Positions 20,666-30,480 are shown, counted from the stretch's first letter. The stretch is 60,861 nucleotides of DNA from an uncultured virus (IMG/VR IMGVR_UViG_3300042881_004014) (IMGVR_UViG_3300042881_004014); one strand, 5' to 3'. A program made the numbers and translations. Notes: a model not told the origin generated them from the sequence alone.

Positions 20666-20899
20666 TTAATTCATTATTTGTTTACAATCAAACGTTATTT
20701 TTTCATTTAATTTAGGTAATGTCTTACCTATAAATCGTACTTTCTTCTCCTCACCTGTTTTATCTAACTTAACATATAGATAAGCAGTATCAGTCCAAGA
20801 ATAAGAAAGAGTAACAGTTACAACACCAGAACACTTTTCGGCAGCAGGTGTAAATCCATATATAGAGATTAGTATTAATATAACTAATAATTTTTTCAT
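20666..20899 (-). CDS. Small secreted protein
   Basis: Signal peptide MKKLLVILILISIYG. Confidence 0.6.
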   Translation of the reverse strand: MKKLLVILILISIYGFTPAAEKCSGVVTVTLSYSWTDTAYLYVKLDKTGEEKKVRFIGKTLPKLNEKITFDCKQIMN

Positions 20900-20900
20900 A

Positions 20901-21284
20901 TTATTTCTTTTCTACAATTTCTATTCGGATACTACCACCCTCATTTAACCATGCGTTTACCTTATATGGGTTTGAATCTACATTTGATGCAGATTGGATA
21001 TAACCGGAGAAGTGAGGTTTATCACCATTCTCTATTCCAATTTCATATTGGAGGTCATACGTCTTAGAAGGTTTACCATTCCAATTATCCAAACCCAACG
21101 TAACATTCATTTTATTAGTTCCATTGATTCGGAGGTGACCGGCTCCTTTGAGTTCTCCTAAAAAGGATTGGTATTCAGCATCAGTAGTAAATGATGGAGA
21201 TGAACCATTTGTTTTTAATAACTTTCGATTTGCACGTAATTCTCTTACTTTGACAATAGAGTACTTTTTAACAGGTTTATTCAT
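20901..21284 (-). CDS. Hypothetical early protein
   Basis: Promoter at 21312-21343 and AAACCCTTAA leader. Confidence 0.65.
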   Translation of the reverse strand: MNKPVKKYSIVKVRELRANRKLLKTNGSSPSFTTDAEYQSFLGELKGAGHLRINGTNKMNVTLGLDNWNGKPSKTYDLQYEIGIENGDKPHFSGYIQSASNVDSNPYKVNAWLNEGGSIRIEIVEKK

Positions 21285-21509
21285 ATCTTAAGGGTTTAAA
21301 TTTTATATACTCAAATATACGAAATTTAATCCATATAAACAAGCTATTAGTGAATTATTTTTAATCCCCTATTCCCCTTAGAACCCCACCGAATCCCCGT
21401 CTATTTAAAAATTTTTATAAGGTGTCGTAAAAAGAGTTTGTTTGATTTCTATTGATAGTTAGCCACTTGGGTGTCTACCGAGCTATTGGGTTGTCATCTA
21501 GCCGCTCTA

Positions 21510-21764
21510 TTATCGAACCCGTCTATTGGGTTGGGTTTCGATTGTTTTGGCAACCTTTACTCCCTTAGTAGGTTGAGGTTCCTCCGCTCCGGTTTTGTAA
21601 TCACTCCACTTTAACCCAAAGAATAGGTTAGCCATTGTTCTACGGAACCAATTGGGCTTAGTAGTGAGAGCAAAAGAGATAAAGTAATCCTTATCCCCAA
21701 TCTTCCATTCCCCTATCGGTTTGGGTGAAGGGGCTATACTCATTGTGTTCATTTCGTTTTTCAT
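21510..21764 (-). CDS. Hypothetical protein
   Basis: 84-aa ORF. Confidence 0.55.
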   Translation of the reverse strand: MKNEMNTMSIAPSPKPIGEWKIGDKDYFISFALTTKPNWFRRTMANLFFGLKWSDYKTGAEEPQPTKGVKVAKTIETQPNRRVR

Positions 21765-22002
21765 TTTCTTTATATATTTCGTTCATTATATTAAATACAA
21801 CCTGGCAATCTTCATACTCCTCATCCTGAGTTAATTCAGAGAGTAGAGATTCCAAAGATGAATAAGGTATAAGTTCTACAATGGTTGATGGTTTGATAGT
21901 TCCCTTACGAAACGATTCTAACACCCATCCCAACGATTGTACCCGTATCCACCTTAGCTGTTTAATATCCAGCTCATCCATAGGGTAGAATTTATATATC
22001 AT
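21691..22002 (-). CDS. Hypothetical protein
   Basis: 103-aa ORF with EEYEDC UVR-like motif. Confidence 0.55.
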   Translation of the reverse strand: MIYKFYPMDELDIKQLRWIRVQSLGWVLESFRKGTIKPSTIVELIPYSSLESLLSELTQDEEYEDCQVVFNIMNEIYKENEKRNEHNEYSPFTQTDRGMEDWG

Positions 22003-22041
22003 ATAGATAAGTATTCCCTATACTGAGAAATGGAGTAACTA

Positions 22042-22278
22042 TCAAACCACCTCCTTATATACCCTACTCAAATCGTTCAATCTGCTTCTATCCTCAGAGG
22101 TATAAAACAAATCACCCAATACCCTATTGATAAACTCCATCTCTAATTTATATCCAATAGCAGTGAAATCATTTACCTTATGTATAGGATGGGTTACTTC
22201 AATATGGAGTATCCTATATACCTTACGGAGGTATTCCTTCTGCTTATCGTTTATTGAGTACTTCATCTTAATCCTCAA
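22042..22278 (-). CDS. Hypothetical protein
   Basis: ORF in tight operon. Confidence 0.55.
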   Translation of the reverse strand: MRIKMKYSINDKQKEYLRKVYRILHIEVTHPIHKVNDFTAIGYKLEMEFINRVLGDLFYTSEDRSRLNDLSRVYKEVV

Positions 22279-22627
22279 ATTCCGGAACTCCGGCCGCTTC
22301 TAACAATTCAACATCATTTGGTTCAATCCATTGAGCTAACGATTGTAGTTCTACCAACTCACCCAAACTTATACGTTCCTTACGAATCTCTCCCCTTAGA
22401 TACTCTAATCTCTCCGTTGGGTTCGAACTATATAGTTTCCAACTTAGGGATTCATCCGTACTCAAATCACAAGCAATCTCTATGTTGTTTAGATTAGTCC
22501 ATACCTCATCCGATGTACTACTCGGTTCCCTAAACACATCCGCTAATCCCTTACTCCATATAAATTCCCTTATCACTCTAAGGTCATCCGATATCATCTC
22601 TAATCTATGCTTCAATTCGTTTTCCAT
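22268..22627 (-). CDS. Hypothetical protein
   Basis: 119-aa ORF. Confidence 0.65.
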   Translation of the reverse strand: MENELKHRLEMISDDLRVIREFIWSKGLADVFREPSSTSDEVWTNLNNIEIACDLSTDESLSWKLYSSNPTERLEYLRGEIRKERISLGELVELQSLAQWIEPNDVELLEAAGVPEFED

Positions 22628-23105
22628 ATAATACTCTTAAATGATTTAATAATTCTTTATCTACCTTATCGTATCCCTCTATTAGAAGTACTTTCTTTAA
22701 TTGGTCTATAATAACATCACCACCAATCTCTCTACTTCCTATACGATAATCCCTTAGTGGTTCTATCCAAGCTAATAGGGTTTCGATTCCCTTTCGTTTA
22801 TCTTCGGTTAATTTCATAATACTGTTTTCATTTGGGGTCATTGATTCAATCTCATTGGCAATCGCCAACTTCTCAATCTCATCCAATAGGGATTTATATG
22901 TAGCCGACCCACTAGCGGCTAGGTACTTACCCCAATCTCTATCTATTGATAGGAGCATTTCATCCAATTCATCCTTTGTTTCCATTTCTTTTATTCGTTT
23001 GGCTTGGTCTAACGCTAATTTAGCATTATCAATACTCATCTGCCTTAATTCATCTGAATCCATACTATACTCCTTTAATCCAGCTATGGTCTTTAAATAC
23101 ACCAT
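22605..23105 (-). CDS. Hypothetical protein
   Basis: ORF in tight operon; start uncertain. Confidence 0.6.
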   Translation of the reverse strand: MVYLKTIAGLKEYSMDSDELRQMSIDNAKLALDQAKRIKEMETKDELDEMLLSIDRDWGKYLAASGSATYKSLLDEIEKLAIANEIESMTPNENSIMKLTEDKRKGIETLLAWIEPLRDYRIGSREIGGDVIIDQLKKVLLIEGYDKVDKELLNHLRVLYGKRIEA

Positions 23106-23607
23106 CTACCTTATCATCAAATATGATTCCAATAGAGTGTCTTACATTACCCCACCCATAATCATGTCCAGATACGAATCCTCCTTTAGAGATTATAGTA
23201 CGATAGTTATCAATATCAAACATCACACCCTGCACTGTATGTAATCCATCTATATACACTAAATCCCATTCCCGTTCCTTTAGTATAGAAAAAGAACGTT
23301 CTGATGTATCTCTAATAGATTTAATATTAGGTATGTCCAACGTATTCCTTAAGAACTCTGAATAGACATCATCAAAAGGTGCGAATGAACAAGCCATATC
23401 CGTAACATCATAGTTATCCATATAAGGGTCAACCGAAACAACTTCCTTAAAGTGTTTAGCGAATATCATTGTACTCTCCCCTATATACGAACCAATCTCA
23501 ATCATCCTCATTTCCGATGTAGGTCTAATCTCATTAATCCAACGTATCATATCTTCGAGCCCTTCCACCTCATCGGGTGTTCTCATTGTATAGAATTTGT
23601 TACTCAT
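23065..23607 (-). CDS. Class I SAM-dependent methyltransferase (Methyltransf_24-like)
   Basis: EIGSYIGES, VDP, YIDGLH, GGFVSGHDY. Confidence 0.85.
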   Translation of the reverse strand: MSNKFYTMRTPDEVEGLEDMIRWINEIRPTSEMRMIEIGSYIGESTMIFAKHFKEVVSVDPYMDNYDVTDMACSFAPFDDVYSEFLRNTLDIPNIKSIRDTSERSFSILKEREWDLVYIDGLHTVQGVMFDIDNYRTIISKGGFVSGHDYGWGNVRHSIGIIFDDKVDGVFKDHSWIKGV

Positions 23608-23700
23608 CCTTACCTTCGTTTTTATAATGTTGGTATGTGAACCAAACGTTAGTCATTCCCCAAACCACCATTAGTGGTAGTACTACCCAATCACCTATCA

Positions 23701-23916
23701 TTAGACATCCAATTTACCATTAGGATGAATCACAATATATGTGTATCCATGTACTGAATTAGTTTGAAACAAATCAGCGATATACTTTGCCTCTTCGTAG
23801 GTATCCCATTCTACTGCAATACCCTCTGAATCATTAACCAAATGATATTTCTTAATATTATCGGGTTTATCTAATGTCTTTAGTACTTTGTACTTTATTA
23901 CCATTTCGTTTGTCAT
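23701..23916 (-). CDS. Hypothetical protein
   Basis: 71-aa ORF. Confidence 0.55.
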   Translation of the reverse strand: MTNEMVIKYKVLKTLDKPDNIKKYHLVNDSEGIAVEWDTYEEAKYIADLFQTNSVHGYTYIVIHPNGKLDV

Positions 23917-24024
23917 TTTTATTCTCCTTACGTTTTTTATCTCTTTTCATTGCCAATAGGAACCATACGGTTAAACCTGCTGCACAAACACCAGCGATAT
24001 CATTCACTATATCTGATATATCCA

Positions 24025-24210
24025 TTACTTATGTCTTTTTTCGTATTTAATCTTATTCAATTCAATATCGTTAAGAATCATATCCCTCTTTTTAGTTAGT
24101 TGATTAATCCTTACACTCCTTCCCCATTTACCAAGCCAATTAACAGGTACCATAGATTCCCACTTTTGTAATTCTTTGTTTACTTCTCTAAGTTCCTTTT
24201 TAAGTGCCAT
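24025..24210 (-). CDS. Hypothetical protein
   Basis: 61-aa ORF directly behind promoter 24234-24265. Confidence 0.6.
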   Translation of the reverse strand: MALKKELREVNKELQKWESMVPVNWLGKWGRSVRINQLTKKRDMILNDIELNKIKYEKRHK

Positions 24211-24586
24211 TGTTGATTGGATTTTATATTATACAAATATACGAAATAAATCCGACATATCCAAATATTAGACGTATTTATTTTATCTCATTTCAGATAA
24301 CCATTTAGATGGTACCCCCCAAGGGGGTATCTAAGGGTGTCAATCTCCCTACCGGAAAAAAACCAGGCTCGATACGAGAACAGGTAAGAGCCCCTCGTAA
24401 CACGTTGACAATCACCTAATTACAAGAAACCTCAGTCCCCCCGTCCTCATTCACAAGCCCTTACCCACGCCCACCTCAAGCGCAGCTTTAACTCCGCCGG
24501 TTAAAGCCCCCACACTCAGGCACTTATCCTCCCTCACCTCCAGCATCTCTTTAGCAGGGGTTTCGGTTAGCCTACCTCACTTAAAC

Positions 24587-24658
24587 CTTTACTTTAGGGT
24601 AAAGTAAAGTTATAGCTTTACTTTTATGTATTAATAGTCAAGTTAAAGCTTTACTTTA
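24587..24658. repeat. Four CTTTACTTT copies (three direct, one inverted)
   Basis: Starting at 24587, 24600 (inverted), 24616 and 24649. Confidence 0.7.
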
Positions 24659-25112
24659 GGTACTGCGCTCACTGCGTTCGCTTGAGCTGTATAGCTTGTA
24701 TCTCTCTCCCCTATATACTATATGTTGTTATACTCCTATACTCCTATGTATTCTTTTTCTTCTCTATACTACTATACACTATATACCCCTTTATACTATC
24801 CGGTATATTACCATTAGGTATATTCTTAGCTATATTATTTTTATCAGATGTGTCCGGCTTCGAGTTCTCCAGGTAAGAATTTCAAACCCATAGGAATATT
24901 CCACCTGCCCCCTACGTTTTATATACGGAGGGATGGAATTTGTTACCCGGTAAGAAAAATGAACTGAACGGATTATTCCACCCTACCCTATTGCATACAA
25001 GCGCTTGGATGGATTTTCTTACCCTGGCAATAGGGCATAAGAAAAGGGGTATATCTCTATACCCCTATTTCTCCCTTAAATTAATTAACCCCTTAATTAA
25101 TAATATATTTCT

Positions 25113-25325
25113 TTAATATAGCTTTGGGACCACTAGCTCCACATAGGCCATTTCGTATGCATCTATATATGGTGTAGAATCTTCTCCAAATCTTCTTTGA
25201 AGCTCTTTAGCCAATCTATCTACCTCATCACCCATTCCTATGGATTCGGATTTAATCCTATACTCATCTACTCTTTCGTATATGCTCTCCAAGTCCCAGC
25301 TGTTCAGCGATTCGTATCCACTCAT
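25113..25325 (-). CDS. Hypothetical protein
   Basis: 70-aa ORF. Confidence 0.55.
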   Translation of the reverse strand: MSGYESLNSWDLESIYERVDEYRIKSESIGMGDEVDRLAKELQRRFGEDSTPYIDAYEMAYVELVVPKLY

Positions 25326-25557
25326 TTGCGTTCTTTATTATTTTATGTTGTTGTTCTATCATGTGATTGAGGAATACCTCAACCGCTTGTTCTCTACTCC
25401 ACTTCTTAGGATATACCAACCTATTACCCATTGGTATATACTCTTTTTTAATAAGCCCACTTCCTTTCGGTTCTTCCAATAGAAACCACTCACCATCTAC
25501 CTCTTTGAGATAGAGTAGGTTTTGTTGTTCTCTATTATTAGCTACCTGCTCTCCCAT
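25264..25557 (-). CDS. Hypothetical protein
   Basis: Likely start MGEQVAN just downstream of tRNA-like RNA. Confidence 0.5.
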   Translation of the reverse strand: MGEQVANNREQQNLLYLKEVDGEWFLLEEPKGSGLIKKEYIPMGNRLVYPKKWSREQAVEVFLNHMIEQQHKIIKNANEWIRIAEQLGLGEHIRKSR

Positions 25558-25572
25558 ATTCACTTTTATTCG

Positions 25573-25644
25573 AGCGGAGAGTTGGAGCCGCCCCAACACC
25601 TTCTACCTGGTAGGTAGATGTCTTACTCTCAAGACCTCCTCCGC
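25573..25644 (-). tRNA. Non-canonical tRNA-Gly(ACC)-like RNA, copy 1
   Basis: Cloverleaf: GCGGAGG/UCUCCGC+U73; D GUCUU/AAGAC; anticodon arm UCUAC-CUACCAG-GUAGA; T GUUGG-GGCGGCU-CCAAC. Confidence 0.75.
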
Positions 25645-25743
25645 AATTAATAGAACGATATCCGGCTTTAGTATCCCACTGCCTTATTGCAGTAGTATTC
25701 ACACATTCGGTTTTATTAGATGTTGGCTTCAACCATTCTTTTG

Positions 25744-25815
25744 AGCGGAGAGATGAAACCGCCTCACCTCCTCCATATTGGTAATATGGCGACTTTCTCT
25801 TAAGTCTTTCTCCGC
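25744..25815 (-). tRNA. Non-canonical tRNA-Gly(ACC)-like RNA, copy 2
   Basis: GCGGAGA/UCUCCGC+U73; D GACUU/AAGUC; CCAUA-UUACCAA-UAUGG; T GGUGA-GGCGGUU-UCAUC. Confidence 0.75.
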
Positions 25816-25861
25816 AAATATCTTAGTAACGTTAGAGTTCTGTCTCAATCACATCACTATG

Positions 25862-25893
25862 TAAAGATACGAAATTTAATCGATATATCCTAA
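25862..25893 (-). promoter_or_regulatory. Early promoter driving the twin tRNA-Gly-like RNAs
   Basis: TTAG-N20-TATCTTTA variant of the promoter family. Confidence 0.6.
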
Positions 25894-25904
25894 TTAAATC
25901 TCTT

Positions 25905-26135
25905 TTATTTTATAGAGAGGCCAGCCAATTGGCTCAAACTCTCTGAAAAATCTACACCGGCAATAACATTGCTTTCCTTTGGAACCCCATTAGTTTCCCA
26001 CTCCCTATTAATGAAGTAATCTAACTTACGATGAGCTGAATCAACTCCTCTTAGGTCACCACTAGCTACAGCCTCATTTAGCTGTGCAGTCCAATATTTG
26101 ATTTTAGGCCAATAGCCACTTTCATACTTACTCAT
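25905..26135 (-). CDS. Hypothetical early protein
   Basis: 76-aa ORF with AAACCCTTAA leader. Confidence 0.6.
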   Translation of the reverse strand: MSKYESGYWPKIKYWTAQLNEAVASGDLRGVDSAHRKLDYFINREWETNGVPKESNVIAGVDFSESLSQLAGLSIK

Positions 26136-26160
26136 ATCTTTTATCTTTTAAGGGTTTAAA

Positions 26161-26436
26161 TTAAGAACACATAGCGTTCCATACTAACCACGATGGAGTT
26201 CTCTTCACTCCGGCCGCTGGTTTAACATTGTTATACTCTGAGGGAACCTCAGCCGTAACAGCTACGTTACCACAATCACTTATCGATAACAACACACTAT
26301 TGAGGGTAGAGGAATGGTTATCTGAGAATCTCTTCCCAATCATAGACCTCAACTCATCAATCTTACTACCAACCTGAGTAGTTGTAATACTATTCAACTG
26401 CTCATTCATTCTGTCAATCACACTTAAATTTATCAT
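26161..26436 (-). CDS. Hypothetical early protein
   Basis: Start MINLS after AAACCCCTAA leader. Confidence 0.6.
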   Translation of the reverse strand: MINLSVIDRMNEQLNSITTTQVGSKIDELRSMIGKRFSDNHSSTLNSVLLSISDCGNVAVTAEVPSEYNNVKPAAGVKRTPSWLVWNAMCS

Positions 26437-26449
26437 ATCTCTTAGGGGT

Positions 26450-26665
26450 TTAATTAAGTTCAATTTCAACTTCCGAACCATCACTAGCGAATACACTCCT
26501 ATCGTTGTAATCAGGTAGGGTTACGTTATAGAAACCTTCGTTGAAATCCGTAAGGGTTACATCCAACCATTCGGTTTCGATTTTATTAGTTTCACAATAT
26601 ACTTCAAACTGTACCGGGTTCATACCAGCGGTTTCTTTGATTAGTTGTTGTAATGTAATTTTCAT
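26450..26665 (-). CDS. Hypothetical early protein
   Basis: Start MKITL after leader motif and promoter. Confidence 0.6.
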   Translation of the reverse strand: MKITLQQLIKETAGMNPVQFEVYCETNKIETEWLDVTLTDFNEGFYNVTLPDYNDRSVFASDGSEVEIELN

Positions 26666-26810
26666 TTTTAAGGGGTTTAAAGGTTTAATCACTCTCTCAA
26701 TCTTATACTCTAATATACGAATAATAATTGAGACCTACAAGCCTTTTTTCAACTATTTTAATAAAAAAGGGATAGGACCGGCCTACTGCTGGTCCTATCA
26801 CCTAATGTTA

Positions 26811-27095
26811 TTAAGCGAACATTTCTTTCTTAATCTCACGAGCCTTCTTTAAAGAAGTAGTGAATTGAGATTGACCTGCTACTCTAACTCTATAAGCTAC
26901 ACGGCCTGTGGCGTATGTAATCTTTTGAACGTTAGATACTGGTGTTTCATACAAATTCTTAGCTACTGCTTTACGATTAGTAACCTTAGTTGATTTTGCT
27001 GATTTTGTTGATTTTGCCGGTGTGAACTTTACATCACTACCTAGGTTCTTGCTACCTTTGAAGGTAACGTTTGTAACTTTTGACTTATTAGCCAT
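26811..27095 (-). CDS. Small basic protein, possibly nucleic-acid binding
   Basis: Lys/Ser/Thr-rich; followed by terminator hairpin at about 26763-26799. Confidence 0.65.
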   Translation of the reverse strand: MANKSKVTNVTFKGSKNLGSDVKFTPAKSTKSAKSTKVTNRKAVAKNLYETPVSNVQKITYATGRVAYRVRVAGQSQFTTSLKKAREIKKEMFA

Positions 27096-27189
27096 AATTG
27101 TTGTTTGGTTGACCTGTACGCCATAAGGTTTTTTGTTTTAATAATGTACCACTAAGATACTAAAAATTTTCCAATCTACCAAATTTATT

Positions 27190-27390
27190 TTAATAGAATA
27201 GGGATAGGGCCGCTCTCATCCCTTCCGTTGTCGATTTGTGAACCGATGATGGGATAGGGTTTAGGGTAGGTGAATCCTTATATTCCTTAAGGGCCGCTTT
27301 GATAGCTCCCTTACGGGTCTTAGCCCATACGGTATTCCAACCTCCACCTTCGAACGTAAACATATACTCTTTTAATTGTATAGTACTCAT
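27190..27390 (-). CDS. Hypothetical early protein
   Basis: Small ORF. Confidence 0.6.
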   Translation of the reverse strand: MSTIQLKEYMFTFEGGGWNTVWAKTRKGAIKAALKEYKDSPTLNPIPSSVHKSTTEGMRAALSLFY

Positions 27391-27396
27391 ATTCAA

Positions 27397-27969
27397 TTAT
27401 TTAACGTAAATTAATGCTTTATCAATATTGGTTTGAGGAACTTTGTAACTCAATACCTTTTCAATGGCTTTCTCCAATGTAAGTACTCCCCACACATATT
27501 CACCAGCCATCATACTTTTCAACATACGAACACAATCACCTACTGAACCAAACATTGGTTTGTTGTTAGTATGAACATACTTAACACCAGCTTCGATATC
27601 CATTCCCTTCTCAGTCTTAACACCGGAGTTCTCATAGTAATCGTAAGTCTCATCCCATCCGTTATATTTTCCATATTCGAATTGGTTAGCGAAACGATTG
27701 ATATCGTTGTAGGTTTCAACCTCAACCTCTGAACCATTTGGGTTCGATACATAAACATCTAAGGAGTTACCACCAGCGAATGATGATGATTTAACTGAAC
27801 ATACCACATTTGGGTATTTTGCTTTAACAAATTGTTTCACCATTGAGGAGGCGATTGGACCACGTCCGTAAACATAAGGGGTAACACCATCATTACGGAA
27901 CCTAACAGAATCAGATGGTAAACTCATTTTGATTCCTTCTACTACTACGTTGATTTTCTTACTTTTCAT
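27397..27969 (-). CDS. LPD29-like (large polyvalent protein domain) early protein
   Basis: SVKSSSFAGGNSLDV...FEYGKYNGWDETYDY pattern. Confidence 0.55.
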   Translation of the reverse strand: MKSKKINVVVEGIKMSLPSDSVRFRNDGVTPYVYGRGPIASSMVKQFVKAKYPNVVCSVKSSSFAGGNSLDVYVSNPNGSEVEVETYNDINRFANQFEYGKYNGWDETYDYYENSGVKTEKGMDIEAGVKYVHTNNKPMFGSVGDCVRMLKSMMAGEYVWGVLTLEKAIEKVLSYKVPQTNIDKALIYVK

Positions 27970-28225
27970 CTTTTATTAATTTTAGGGTTTTAAGGGTTTA
28001 AATCGGTGGGAACATCTCTCCCACTCTTACTATACTAAAGTACGACATTTATTTGACATACACAAGCCTTTTGCCATTTATTTTCAAAAAAAGTCGTAAC
28101 GTGTTGATTACCAATGAGATTAATTAGGTAACCAATTCGGCTATAATATACATAAGGCAAAACCATATCACTACGGCTATGATATACATATACTTGTTTA
28201 AAAATCGTTTTATCATACGTTTCTA

Positions 28226-28678
28226 TTAAGCGGCTTGTAACTCATTCATTACGAATGATTTACATGAGTGCCATTTGGTATTCATCGATTTCCATATATT
28301 CCAGTCAACCATCTTAGGGAATGCTCCATGCATATCACCAACAGTCAAACTCTCCAATAGATTCTTATCGATACTATTCCATTTACCACCTTTGATGGTT
28401 AGGATATTAAACCAATAAGATTTTCCATCAATTACTCGTTCCATCTGAACCACAGTGGTGTTCTTACTTAGGTAGTAAGGTAGGTTCTCTATCTTACACT
28501 CAACATCACCAATGACTGGGAATCCAGCTCTAGCTTTGGCTGTGTAACGGAATCGTTGTTCTTTTCCTAACTCAGTTAAATTACTTACTCCAACGGTGTT
28601 TCCGTTGATTCTCATTGTACCATAGAATACATCACCACTCATAGTGCCTGTATTGATTGTGATTAAGGGGTTGTTCAT
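28226..28678 (-). CDS. Hypothetical early protein
   Basis: 150-aa ORF with leader motif. Confidence 0.65.
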   Translation of the reverse strand: MNNPLITINTGTMSGDVFYGTMRINGNTVGVSNLTELGKEQRFRYTAKARAGFPVIGDVECKIENLPYYLSKNTTVVQMERVIDGKSYWFNILTIKGGKWNSIDKNLLESLTVGDMHGAFPKMVDWNIWKSMNTKWHSCKSFVMNELQAA

Positions 28679-29089
28679 ATTATTTATTTAAGGGTTTAAA
28701 AATCATTTCAACTTTAGGGGTAGATTCCAACTCAATTGGGTTGGCTCTCATCCTACACTCATTACCAGTAGCCATCAGAACCATTATCAATATTATCTTT
28801 ATCTCTCTCATTACTATACTAAAGTACAATAAATTTTTGACATATACAAGCCTTTCACCATTTATTTTTCAAAAAAGTTCCAACGGGTTGATAATCAACC
28901 GAATAGGTTTTGGTTAGGTATATACCAATTCCTCTATATCAGATACCGCTAATCCCACCTCATGCGATTCGGAACCTCCACCCTCTACCTCATCACAGGC
29001 CAGCTGATAGAATTCCAATATCTCATCCTTATAAATCGGATGTAACCTAATCAGTTTAGTAACGTACTCTCTTAACTCCATTAGTGTGT

Positions 29090-29299
29090 TCATAGTACTG
29101 GATATCCTTTAACAATGTTAACAATCGCTTGAATCTTTGGTGATGTGGCTCCTTCCAATTCCTTATATAGGTACCCATCAAAAAGTCCGTAGAGTTGGTT
29201 CATCAAATGAAATCCCTCCACCTCACCAATTAAATTTAAAACGGCTTCCCTAACCTCTCCGGTCATATGGGCGTGTCTGTCGAATCGTGTGTAACTCAT
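29090..29299 (-). CDS. Hypothetical early protein
   Basis: 69-aa ORF. Confidence 0.55.
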   Translation of the reverse strand: MSYTRFDRHAHMTGEVREAVLNLIGEVEGFHLMNQLYGLFDGYLYKELEGATSPKIQAIVNIVKGYPVL

Positions 29300-29391
29300 A
29301 TCTTAATTATTTTCGTTTTCGAAGTTCGGTGTTGATTGAAGCAAGGTACATTACCGTTACTATTAATAGGAATATTATCATCTCTTTTCGT

Positions 29392-29634
29392 TTATTTTTT
29401 CAACCATAGGTTATATACATAATCATAAGAAGTTTCCAGCTCATCAGCAAGACCATCGAACAATCTCTCTCTCACCAAACTATCCCAAACACCAATGTAT
29501 TCGTACACATCACCACCAACAATCAGCTGGTTCAATAACCCAGCAAAGGTTGCTGTTTCACTAAGTTCCATTCCTAATCCATCTGAATTACAATCTGATG
29601 GGAAATTCTCTAAATAAAATTCTTTAATCTTCAT
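29392..29634 (-). CDS. Hypothetical early protein
   Basis: 80-aa ORF with leader motif. Confidence 0.6.
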   Translation of the reverse strand: MKIKEFYLENFPSDCNSDGLGMELSETATFAGLLNQLIVGGDVYEYIGVWDSLVRERLFDGLADELETSYDYVYNLWLKK

Positions 29635-29645
29635 ATCTAAGGGGT

Positions 29646-29909
29646 TTAGTTTTTACGTTGTCCTAATTTTCGTGTACCATATTCAATGGTTACCTGAGTA
29701 TATGCTACTTCGTTCTCAAACATATACTTGTCCATTGAAACACTACCTTCTCTGGTCCATCTTTCAATGGTTTCATTGTTTTGTAGTTTTAGAAAAACAT
29801 CTTCAGCTACTGTAATAGATTCTCCTTTTTTAAGGTACGTTGTTTCGATATTGTGAGTGTACTCTTTAATATCCTGCTTTGCTACTAAAATAAATTCTCT
29901 ATGTATCAT
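29646..29909 (-). CDS. Hypothetical early protein
   Basis: 87-aa ORF with leader motif. Confidence 0.6.
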   Translation of the reverse strand: MIHREFILVAKQDIKEYTHNIETTYLKKGESITVAEDVFLKLQNNETIERWTREGSVSMDKYMFENEVAYTQVTIEYGTRKLGQRKN

Positions 29910-29920
29910 ATCTAAGGGGA

Positions 29921-30187
29921 TTAATATTGAATCATTGAAACCGGTACGTTGTAAGAAGCATATCCACCAACCACTCTTAGGTTAGCTTTGGTTCGGTTAA
30001 TCTTAACAACCTCCAACTCCCTACCCTGCAACTTAGGATGGTTTACTTTAACTTTCATACCAACTTCCAATCCTATTTTCTTTTCTAAGGATTCAATGGT
30101 ACGTTTCTGTTTAATCAACTGAACAACCATTTGGTTGATACTTCTTAGCTCTTCTACTGATAACTTTGATAATTGTGAATAGTTCAT
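29921..30187 (-). CDS. Small KOW/SH3-like early protein
   Basis: LEVGMKVKV...VVKINRTKA; promoter 30236-30267. Confidence 0.6.
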   Translation of the reverse strand: MNYSQLSKLSVEELRSINQMVVQLIKQKRTIESLEKKIGLEVGMKVKVNHPKLQGRELEVVKINRTKANLRVVGGYASYNVPVSMIQY

Positions 30188-30480
30188 CTTTTATATTTTA
30201 AGGGTTTAAATTAATCTCTCTCTCAATCTTATACTCAAATATACAAAAAAGAATTGGATTGCACAAGCTTTTTGCCATTTATTTTTCCATTTTGATAGAC
30301 TTTTTTTCCACATTTTTTGGTGGAGTTCAAGCCCATTTTTGCATGCCGGGGTTCATTTTCGTCTATGGTCAAACGAAATCCAAATCGCTCCCAACGGGAT
30401 ATTAATTTTCAGCAGTATCAGAATAGGTTCTCTCCCACCCACCAGCCCTTAAAGATACGAAGAATTTCTCACATTTCCAA

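Noticed and set aside
24682..24893. Two Tyr/Ile-rich plus-strand ORFs
   Set aside because: Arise from low-complexity TACTAT repeats; no promoter or start context
25538..25732. 64-aa ORF and the N-terminal extension of 25264-25599
   Set aside because: Overlap the tRNA-Gly(ACC)-like cloverleaf; better explained as RNA
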